A stretch of DNA of 64,000 bases from Camelus dromedarius (taxonomy: Eukaryota), in contig NC_087438.1 of assembly GCF_036321535.1 (NCBI RefSeq), forward strand, positions 7,132,001 to 7,196,000, read 5' to 3'. Of the stretch, positions 38,101 through 58,741 are shown piece after piece. Below the pieces are notes generated by a model, which was given only the letters and a program-made list of their open reading frames with translations, did no database searches and was not told the DNA's origin. Position 1 is the first letter of the stretch; each line of letters begins with the position of its first letter. A program made the translations under genes and the position numbers.

Positions 38101-40784
38101 GATCAGGGCATGGACTTATTTCTGCCTACCACACTCATGGAACATGGTAATCCTTTACAACTGTGGTGAGACACAAATGTGAACACTGGGCACACCAGAA
38201 GCTGGCCCACGGTGGGGAGTCACTGCTCCAGGGCGGCTGACCAACCCCAGCATCTCCTGCTCAGTGCGGCTTCGTACTTCCTGATGCCCAAGGTCCTCTA
38301 AAGTGAGTTTAAAAACTAGCGTCATGGTGGAAAACCAACTTAGAAACAACAGTGAAAGTCTACTGCTGGTGCTGGTGATGGGAGTAAAACAAAAGTCGTT
38401 TAGGAAGGTGATGGTGTTTGATAGAAAGCAAGAGTTTTCAGGAGGGTAGGTACAGCTCAGTGGTAGAGTGCAGTGCTTAGCATGCACGAGGTCCTCAGTT
38501 CAAACCCCAGTAACTCCATTAGAAAAACAATAATAATAATAAATAAACTAAATTACTTCTCTCTCTCCCCCAAAGAAGAAAGAGTTTTCGATACATGTTC
38601 ATTTATACACCTCAGCATTGTACGGAGGAATATACAGGCTACAGAAGTAGTCATGCATCTGATCAGTTGTTTTTAAAGGTTAAGGTACATCTTTCATGCC
38701 TTGAGTAAAATCACCCCGCAGGCATTTCAACTGTACCATATAGTGGTCAGGAAGATTTCAGTCTCACAGCTCTGAAGACTCAGAACTGATAAAAAAAGAA
38801 AAAGCAATACATTTTTGTGAAACAGAGGTAGCAATATAGTTATGTGTAAATACATGCATACAGTTGTATATATACAGTGGTGTAACACTAGGTAAGTTGT
38901 TTCTAAGGCTCGATTTCCTCACCTAAAAGATTTAGAAATATCTTCATAGGGTTATCGGGACATTTAAACAAATAATGCATACAAAGCCCTTAGCACAGGC
39001 CTGAGAGAGTAAGTGATGACTATTAGCCACTACTGTTATTTTCAAGACTATCACGGAGGCAGGAGGGACTCAATAATTTTTAGCAACTTTATTGAGACTT
39101 AATTCATATGTCCCATCTAATACATACACTTCAAAGGCCTTCAGTATATTCAGACAGACCATCATCACAGTCAACTTTAGAATTTTCTCATTACTTCCAG
39201 AAGAAACCCCTTCTGCTTTAGCTATCACCCTCCCATCCTTCTCCTCACCATCCAGCCCTAAGCACCACTAATCTACTTTCTGTCCGTTCAGAGCAGACTT
39301 TCATGGGTGGAATCACTTAGCACGTGGTTTTCGTGTGACTGGCTTCTCTCTCCCAGCATAATGTTCTCAAGACGCATCCATGCTGTCCAATGTATCAGTA
39401 CTTTATTCTTTTTTATGGCCTAATATTCCATCAGGGAGATAGCCTACATTTTGCTTATCCATGTGTCTGATGATGGACAGCTTCTCTTTGTCCTAAAAAT
39501 CCTCTTTGGATTTCTCTCAGTTTGTGAAAACAGGTACTAATGCAGGTCTTTTATAAAAGCAAAGTGGTATAAAGTGAACTTTCAAAAAACATGAGGATAC
39601 CTGTACTGGAAAAAGAGCTTTCTCAGAAGGACCCCTGGGATGTTAGGCAGTTTAGATAGAAACGAGCACTCGGCAGGAGAGGAAGGGCAAAGGAACCACC
39701 AAGAAAATAACAGTATTCTGCGCTCAGGATAAGGGAGTCCAGAAACTTATACTTTCTCTAAATGAGGGCCAGCAAAAGAAGCCAGCCAAAATCAAAACGC
39801 TGCAGCTGCCCATAAGAGAAGGACCCAGTATAACTTGACCCAGTGAACCTGCCCAAAAGGGGATGGGCGTGCCTGAGCGCAGGCAACCTGAATTGTCAGC
39901 CTATCAACCAATCAATCAATCAATCATGAAGCCAGGATATAAAAACAAGAAAAACAAAGGAGCTTCGCCATTTTTCCTCTCTTGGATTGGCCTGCTCCCA
40001 ATTCTTGGGAGTGTACCATCTTTCACTATTTTTTTTTTTTTTACTTCACTAATAAAAATCTTGCTTGTATCATGCTTTCTGTCTCTCATCAAAAATTTTT
40101 TTTCGGGTGACTAAGAACCGAGGTAATTCTTATTTTCCTTTTGCTGGTAACACCTGTACTGGAAAAGGAGCATTCTCAGGACTCCTGGGAACCCAGGCAC
40201 AGGAGGCAGGGGAAGCATTTGCTGCGTTCAGGGTGACAGAAAAGCAGGAAGGAGGGAGGGAGTACTCGCGGGCCAGGTTAAATACGCGTTTTACTCGTGT
40301 GCACGGAGACGAAACTTTTTGAGAAGTCACGACATTATTTGTGTTTAAGAAAGGCAACACCAGCAGCAGTGTGTTCCCTGACGCTACCACACACATTTCT
40401 GCCCCAAATTTCTACACCTGCAAGGCTTCCCACTTCACAAAAATGTGTCCGAGCTTTTGAAGCTGCTATGTAAGTCCAAAATATGGCTATATTGCTACCA
40501 CCATCCAATAAAATATGTATTTTTTATCAGTGAAAATGGCTGGATCCCAAGAGCAGCACACGCACCCGCGGCAGGCGCCTAAGGGTCGGGGGCGCGGTGG
40601 GCAGCAGCCCTGAGGCACCGAACGCCAGACCTCGAGCCCGGGCAGCGACCCGCGGCGCCCCTCCCGACACCCCACACGGACCGGCTGCACAGCGGACACC
40701 GGCCGCGAGCCCCACGCTACACACACACACCGAGGCCCAAAGAGCCCGCCACGAGCCGCCGGCCTCACCTCTTCCTCCCTCCAT
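25893..40784 (-). CDS. ATPSCKMT: ATP synthase c-subunit lysine N-methyltransferase (FAM173B), complete 5-exon CDS: join(complement 40769-40784, 36338-36627, 34083-34220, 32714-32764, 25893-26120), 723 nt, 240 aa
   Basis: The spliced translation has the TM segment [35 protein letters not shown]-binding motif [32 protein letters not shown] and ARVIACRFP. All junctions are GT-AG with matching phases, and the gene is head-to-head with CCT5 as in other mammals. Confidence 0.97.
26450..26595. mobile_element. Tc2/Kanga-type DNA transposon MITE (MER104-like); a second copy lies at ~25055-25250
   Basis: ctgaaatcgggatacatcttacaattga...catctagagtcaattaaatacggta terminal sequence. Confidence 0.5.
26895..28070 (-). 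mobile_element. Old L1M (MC/ME-type) 3' region in ATPSCKMT intron 4
   Basis: ttttgaaatagtttcaaatttacagaaaagttgcaagaatag...ttagaaaccaagatctg. Confidence 0.8.
28790..29955 (+). mobile_element. LINE-2 fragment
   Basis: C-rich L2 body (gctcaagccaaacactctgg, ctttgcagtggctgttccccctgcctgga) ending in cttgttgaatgaatga. Confidence 0.8.
30135..30640 (-). mobile_element. LINE-2 fragment
   Basis: cattcactaacaaatacttcctggg...cctgccctcattcttgagctcacagt...agggacagcttctcagaggaag. Confidence 0.6.
32714..32764 (-). CDS. ATPSCKMT: ATPSCKMT coding exon 4 (51 nt)
   Basis: ccctttag|GTT ... CAGATG|gtgagt; encodes [17 protein letters not shown]. Too short for the ORF track, so read by hand. Confidence 0.95.
33615..33720 (+). 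repeat. (CA)n-derived microsatellite
   Basis: Directly visible in the sequence. Confidence 0.9.
34083..34220 (-). CDS. ATPSCKMT: ATPSCKMT coding exon 3 (138 nt)
   Basis: ccccacag|GTG ... TGGAAG|gtatgt; encodes [46 protein letters not shown]. Confidence 0.96.
36338..36627 (-). CDS. ATPSCKMT: ATPSCKMT coding exon 2 (290 nt)
   Basis: Acceptor tcaatccag|GG, donor CGCATT|gtgagt; encodes TPPEALKEE...[10 protein letters not shown]. Confidence 0.96.
37730..38133 (-). mobile_element. MaLR solo LTR (MLT1C/D-like)
   Basis: tgtattagtttccttttgctgccataagaaattaccccaaacttagtg...tattctgcctaccaca-type ends. Confidence 0.85.
38440..38573 (+). mobile_element. tRNA-derived SINE (Vic-1-like) in ATPSCKMT intron 1
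   Basis: Same consensus as the other copies, with TSD-like aagagttttc on both sides. Confidence 0.85.
39075..39480 (-). mobile_element. L1MB-type 3'-end fragment
   Basis: caactttattgaga...agcaccactaatctactttctgtc...atgtatcagtactttattctttttatggc. Confidence 0.8.
39641..40152 (+). mobile_element. Solo ERV LTR (512 bp) in ATPSCKMT intron 1
   Basis: TGTTA...TAACA inverted termini, CCAAT at 39908, TATAAAA at 39938 and AATAAA at 40051. Confidence 0.85.
40769..40784 (-). CDS. ATPSCKMT: ATPSCKMT coding exon 1 (16 nt, MEGGR-G)
   Basis: ATG GAG GGA GGA AGA G|GTGAGG donor inside the CpG island; phase 1 matches exon 2. Confidence 0.9.
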
Positions 40785-41076
40785 CGCGAGATTTCCCGCA
40801 GTTAAGAAAAGGCAGTGGATTCTACCATCTCCTCGGAGCTGGGGGTGGGAAGGAGAGAGAAAATAATGCTCTAAATAAATTAGTTATTCATTGGGACAAC
40901 TATCCAGAAACTCTCCACTTTGTAGCTTTAATAAATGTCTCGACTCGATCTGCTCCTGACTTGTGGGTTCTAAAGTTCCCGTCCATGTCTTCAAACTCCC
41001 CCCCCCACAGCTTCCTGGATGATAGACGTTCCCGATGGCCGCCGATTCCAGAAGATACTCTCTGGCGTTAAACTAG

Positions 41077-52642
<11,566 letters not shown>

Positions 52643-52687
52643 GGAAAAACTTTAGGATGAAATGTCGGAGTAAGATCCACTACTGTG

Positions 52688-52858
52688 ATTAAATAAATGG
52701 TGTCTCGTGTGCGTCTACAGTTATTTATTATCCCGTTTGTTTTCAGACACTGTAGATGCTAAAACATTAATAGCTGTTTGGTTTCCGTGGTTTCACTTGT
52801 TCAGAGGCGTGATGCTGCAGAGGCACAGGCTCGCGGGTTTTGTATTCATTATATTAAA
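52688..52858 (+). terminator. Candidate CCT5 polyadenylation signals (ATTAAA/AATAAA 52688-52697; ATTAAA 52853-52858)
   Basis: Hexamers shortly downstream of the stop codon; which one is used cannot be determined from sequence alone. Confidence 0.55.
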
Positions 52859-53339
52859 GGGAGCTCTTTGAACAACCTTTATATTCTGCTCTTCGAATTT
52901 AAGAAACATTCACTGTAACATTTCATCAAATGCCTTAATTGGAGGGGTTTGAGTTGATTTTTTTTTAATAAGCTGTAGGAACTATTTTTAACTGCTTTAA
53001 ATGTTGCATTCTTAAGATTTATTTTAACATTGAGAGGAATATGGGCTTGGTCCTATTAAATGTATTTAAGTGTTGCATCAGCCTCGGTGGGTGGATCTTT
53101 GATTGTAGACACCGTCAGAGTTGCCTGTTCCCACCACAGGGTTGTGGGACGTCCTCGTTGCTGTGAGGTCACACCGGCACAAGCTGCGGTGTGAGTGCAG
53201 TGCTGATGAGACCAGCATCCTAAGTGTGCTTGTCACGGAGGCCCCGTGCGTTGTCCCCATTCTGGCTCCGTCCTGGGAGGTCCTGCCCGTTGAACGCGGG
53301 TCATGTCCTGAGAGCTGTTGTGTTTATGTGGGTAGATGA

Positions 53340-54416
53340 CAGCGGTGGCTTTCAAGGGGCCATGAGGTCAGGGGTAGTCTCACTCTGAGCTGATTTGCCT
53401 TTTTCGCCGTGTTGACAGTTGCACTGATGGTGCAGAAGCAGTGAGGGTAAAGCTCACCCAAGCCCGAGTCAGCTAAGTCTGTTCCTCAACACCTCCCCCT
53501 ACTTAAGAAGCTGCTCCCACTGAAGGGTGGCCTTGATCAGTGCACGTCGCTGTGTCCTGAGGTCTCCCTGCACCCTGATGTAGTGAGGGCGTGAGGCCTG
53601 GCACTCACATCCCAGGCGGGGCAGTTGTCTGGTTGGACCAGGCCCTCATGGCACGCTGGCCTCACAGGGTGACTGACACTTGGGTGTATGACAGACGGTG
53701 GCTTAAAAATGAACATAGTGACCCTGTCACTTCAGTAGGACAACTGGCTTACTTCAGGCTCCTTCAGAGAAAGTATCATCGACTGGGGGCTGAGACCACA
53801 AGTGCTTCCCACAGTTCTGGAGGCTGGAAGCCCGAGCTCCAGGTGCTGACAGGCCAGTAAACGCGGCCTGGCCAGGTGTCGGGCTAGCACGGTCCCGTGC
53901 ACGAGTAGATCTCCTCTAAGTGGGGGGTGGGCCGACGTAACAGTGAAAAGTTTACTGAAACTACCACTTGCCGAATTTGGGGATAGATTAAAAAGGAATA
54001 TCCCCGGTTTTGCGGAAGACAACATACTTTCCCACCCACCGTACGTGCGCCTGTGGCGGAGTCTTCACGTGCTTCCACTCCAGCCAGACTGCGTCGCGCT
54101 GAGTGTGCTATTAGCGGGTCAGTTCCCTGTCCTGTTAGAGGGACGCTGAGATTTGCAAAAGTGGAAAACGGTGCCACTCTTCACTTTTGTGGTTTTGGGA
54201 AATACGAAAAATCATTTACGTTAACATTTGGTGTGTTCATTACTATTTTAAAATAAAGATTTGCTTAATTTTTTAGTCTTAGTTTCTATCAGGTTAAATG
54301 CCAACGAGTATAACCGACAGAAGCATAAGCTCTTGCAGCAGGTGTGGGGAGGGGGCCCTGAATTACATTTTTCAGCGATATAGGGATGTTGAGACCAAAA
54401 TACTTGAGAACTGCTA
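53340..54416 (+). mobile_element. Charlie1-type hAT DNA transposon remnant, with a small MaLR piece inserted at ~53745-53860
   Basis: gttgacagttgcactgatggtgcagaagcagtgagggtaaa, gagatttgcaaaagtggaaaacggtgccactcttcac, and terminal tgagaccaaaatacttgagaactgct. Confidence 0.65.
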
Positions 54417-55078
54417 AATTAGTACCTCACGATAATCCTGGTTGTTGTCAAGTCCAAGAGACGCTGCATAATTTGCACCATTCACTCACTAAAATAAACT
54501 CGTTTATACAGTAGATATTTTTAACACAAGCACTGAAAATCTGCACTTAACCAAGTCTTACCTGACGGTCTTGCCTCCTGGTTCAAAGACAATTGAAGCT
54601 GGCAGTGAACTTGCAGCTTCTGTGCTCCCACCTGGTCTCGGCCGCCCACCCATCCCTGCTCCTCGTGGCGGGCGGCCTTCTAAAGCTGCCCCCTCCCCCC
54701 CCCCACTCAGCCTGGTTGTGCATCAGAGGCTAACTAGGTGCTGCTGTGCAGGGACTTTGCAGGTGGAATTAAGAACTCAGTGGCTGACGGTAAGAGCGGG
54801 AGGTGATGCAGGTGGACCCAGTGTGATCGCAGGAGCCCTCAGGGCACAGCAGAAGGGAGGGGTAGCCTGAGGATTGAGTACCCATACCGGCTCTGACACG
54901 CAGGGACCCTGTGCAAGCACCAGACAGGCCTCTGGGAGCTGAGGGCGGCCCCCAGCTGACAGGAAGGAAACCGGACCTTGGTCCTACAACTGCAAGGAAC
55001 AATTGTCCCAAAAGCCGGGAGGTACAGTTGGCAGGTGTTAGCGCCAACCATCTGTGCGTGAAAATCCGAGAGTAATTT

Positions 55079-55220
55079 ATAGCCGGCCCCTCGCATCCAT
55101 GGGACCTCTGTATACTCAGTTCCACCTGCAAGGATTCAGCCAACGGCGAATCGTGTCGTACCGTAGTGTTTAGGAAGATGTCCGCATGTGAGTGGACCCA
55201 CGTATTCAAGGTCAGCTGTA
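55079..55220. mobile_element. Tigger-type MITE inserted in a MaLR LTR remnant (~54850-55410)
   Basis: Ends ...gtggacccacgtattcaaggtcagctgta with TA flanks. Confidence 0.55.
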
Positions 55221-57757
55221 CTTAATTTGGAAATGGATCCATCCCAGGGCCTCGGGCTGTGAGAATAGCCAGCCAACACCCTGACACTGGCCTTGTGAAA
55301 CCCAGAGCCAAGGAACCAGCTGAGCGCACCTGGGCTTCTGGCCTACAGAGCTGCGGGATAGTAAACTTGTTAGTGATCATTGGTCACAGCAGCGCCGGGA
55401 AACACATCCTCCTGTTTTGCCTCAGTGATTGTGGCAGGGGGTGTCCTCCCTGCTCAAGATGGGTCTCTTCCCACCCAGCACCCCTCGGATTCTGTCTCCT
55501 CTCAAGCTGGTTTCCTTAATTCCACATCTGGGGTGCTCATTAGTGACTCTCACCAACGGGCAGCTTTCTGGGCACCTGAGTGGGTAGCACTTGTGGACTC
55601 TCGTGGTCGGTGGGGCACGGGACCAGCTCAGGCCAGTGAGCCATGAGAAGCCTCATTCCCAGGCCAAAGCATTTACTCGCCAATGCGGGACCCTCCAGGG
55701 CTCCCCTCCCGGCACAGCCATGAGCGCAGTTCCACGGCGGAGGGGGCTGGTCAGCCTGGTCCCCTGGAGAGGGCAGTGATGAGGGCCCCCGCCAGCCGCC
55801 CTGGGCACGGAGCACCAGGGAGAGCATCCAGCGGGTTCACCCAGGACTAGGCTCCGCCTGCATCCTCAAGCCCCTTAGCGCCTCCCACCAAGTACCTCCC
55901 CTCAGAAAGCAAAAAGCAAAAAGCAAAACAAAGCAACCCCCTCGGCCCTGGCCCCTGGGCTCTTCCCTCACGCCTGCCTGTGCCCTGCGCTCTCTCCCGC
56001 CCCCTCCTCACCCACCGCCACCCCAGCCCTTCGCAGGGCCACTCCGGCTGCCACCCATCGGCCTCGGCCAACTCCCCAGGATGCTCTGCGATGGAATCTG
56101 TCCTGTTTCACACACACCTTGGACTTTTGTTTTTTTTACTTTTAATTTTTGCCTCCTTTTTGAAACTCCTCCCTCAACTGTCATGAAAGTTCTTCCAGTT
56201 GTCCTCTGGCCCCTCTGGCCCCTCCACCTCACTCCTCCCTAGTCCTCCCCGCAGCCAGCCCCCCCCCCATAAGGCTGACACCTACGTTCAGAAACAGCTG
56301 CATCTCACGGGCCCACAGTCACTGAGCACAGGCACGCAGATGGCATGTCCACACGAGACTGTTTACTCTGCAAAATAATGTCACTTTCTTCATTTTGTAG
56401 ATTTCACATTGAAAAAAACTGAGGGTCAGAGAATTTACTCAAGTTCCTCAAAGCCACCCAGGAGGCCTGGACACTTGGAACCCTCCCCTCCTGCCTCCCG
56501 GTTCTCCCCCACCCCGCCCTCATCTTACTCCAAGCCTCCCTTGGCCCACGCCCAGCAGGTGGCTTCCAAATCTTCCAAATCTATAGGTCCACATGGGGCT
56601 GCTTCTACCACACCCCCCTAGATGGGTCTCCACACTTCCCTCCCTCACTGTGTCCAGCCCCAGGATGAGTTGTGGCCCGATGAGTCCTGGCCACAGACTC
56701 CCCTTTGCCCATTGCTCGCTCAGCCTCCTTGACCTGCACGGAGAAGCCAGCTGTGGGTATCTGGGAAGTCCCTCCCTAACAGAAGTAGGAACAGAAAAAG
56801 CCCTTCCCTCCCTTCCCGCGGGGCTGGTGGTTAGTGAGGCCAAGCACACCCAGGAGGGCAGGCACCTCCCTCGTCCCCTGACACCAGTAAGGCCCTGAAT
56901 CCCTCCAGGCTCCACTCAAGGGTGTTTGGGAGAGACTTCAATGTTACTCTCTTAGACACTATTTATTAGCGGGCCTTTGTCATTTGCAGCCCAAGAAAAC
57001 CCAACCGATATTCCAGCTGGACCAAAACCAAACTCTTGCCCACAGCCTGCTTCTCTTCCCGTGTTCCCCCTCCAGGGACGTCAGCCGGGTCCCTGCGTCC
57101 ACCCAGCCCACTCCTAAGTGCCCCAGGACCCCTCCTCCCCTCTCCGCCCCTACCTGGTCAGGCCCCTGGCTCCCTCCTGCCAGGAGGGGGGTTGCCCATC
57201 TCGGCCCCCCTGCTGTTCTCACGAGAAGAGCAGCCCAGGGGCCCCTGCAGGCCCAGCGCCAGAAGAGGGTGTGGGTCCCCGAGGCAGCAAGATCCTTCCT
57301 GCTCCCTGTCTTCCAGAAGGGAAGTGCCCGAGTTTCCCTCCCGGAACCCCAGCACCGACAAGAAATGGCCCCCAGCTGGCCACGCACACTGGGCTGAAAG
57401 TCCACCCACAACCCCACGGCCCCAACAGGGGGAGGGAGCCGCTGCAGGGTGTCTTTAGACACCACAGGGCCGGCTGGATGGATAGCCAGCTGGCCTAGTC
57501 GTGAGGAGTTCTCCAGAGAAAGAAATTCTCTGGGCTGGAACTGAGGCTGTCAACTGGGAGAATGACAGGATTAATGGAGAATCAAACAGGATGCAGCTGG
57601 AGGAGGTGAAGTGGCTTCACCAGTGTAGACGAGCACCGTCCAACACGGTTCCCATAGGCCACCTGTAGCTCCTGAGGGCTTGACTCAACAGGTTCTACCA
57701 AGGAGCTGGGTCCTTGATCTGATTTCCTTTTAATCAATTTAAATGTAAAAGTCGGGG

Positions 57758-57860
57758 GTGGGGGGTGGGTATAGCTCAGTGGTACAGCGCAGACATAGCA
57801 TGGGCTGGGTACTGGGTTCAACCCCCAATACCTCCATCAAAAAAAAAGAAGAAAAATTAA
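57758..57860 (+). mobile_element. tRNA-derived SINE (Vic-1-like)
   Basis: ggggtgggtatagctcagtggta...gggttcaacccccaatacctcc plus A tail; aaatgtaaaa on both flanks. Confidence 0.85.
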
Positions 57861-58022
57861 TAAACAAATGTAAAAACTGCAACTTAACCCTAGACCCCAC
57901 ACCCTTCTGGCTGACCACAGGAGAGACTTTTGATGCAGCCCCAGCCCCAGGGACCCCGAACGTCAGTGTTTAAAAAAACCACCGCTAGGAGTCAGCTGGA
58001 TGATGACTTCAATCCATCGTGT

Positions 58023-58077
58023 TTTATTAGCTTTTAGAAAAAGCCACAAATTCAAAAACTCAGAAAGTAAGTTTATT
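58023..58077 (-). terminator. Candidate CMBL polyadenylation signals (AATAAA on minus at 58023-58028 and 58072-58077)
   Basis: TTTATT on the plus strand about 500 nt downstream of the CMBL stop. Confidence 0.45.
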
Positions 58078-58561
58078 AGCTCGATATAATTAGGTCAACG
58101 GAACCCTATTTTAATCTCAGTATATCTCATGGTGCAACATACGAACATGACAAATCCACCTGTGTTAAGGCGGAGATGAATGTCCAGTCAAGTTGGGCTT
58201 TTAATCTACCTGATTTTACAGTTCATGCACTTCACGGTTTTGCCAAGTTAGTCAATTTAAAGGATTTCATTCAAGGCTGAGCCATCAGCTGGTCCCTGGG
58301 TAGACCTAGGCTTTTACTAAAAGTTAAGATATGACTCCCTCATCCAAATTCTTCCGGTACTGACCTGCTGTTAAAATTTTTATTTATGCCCATGATAAAA
58401 ATGAAAGGACTTCATCCACTGACTTTGCCTACTGAATGTGTGTTTCAGATGGCATCATGAATTTCAGGATTCCTTGATTTATTTTTTATATAAAGTGAAA
58501 ATTAGATCCAAGCAAATTTCTGGGTGAGAGCGATTTAGAGAAGGCTTGCACTTGGCCGTGG

Positions 58562-58741
58562 CTAGACGTACTTGTTCAGCCACTCGAGTAAGTTCCTTCT
58601 CGCCTCGTCAATATAGGGCTTGTCTTCAGGCGAACAATCTTCTCTCTTGCGATGTACGAATCCATGCGTCTGCCCGGAGAACGTTTTAATTTGATATTCC
58701 ACTTTGCAGTGGTCTTTCAACTTCTGAGTCAGCAAAGAGAC
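58562..58741 (-). CDS. CMBL: CMBL last coding exon (180 nt)
   Basis: gaaccag|[62 protein letters not shown], then TAG. Confidence 0.96.
   Translation of the reverse strand, partial: VSLLTQKLKDHCKVEYQIKTFSGQTHGFVHRKREDCSPEDKPYIDEARRNLLEWLNKYV

Noticed and set aside
56520..57498. Cluster of 100-160-aa ORFs between CCT5 and CMBL
   Set aside because: Open in several frames and strands at once because of high GC; low-complexity translations.
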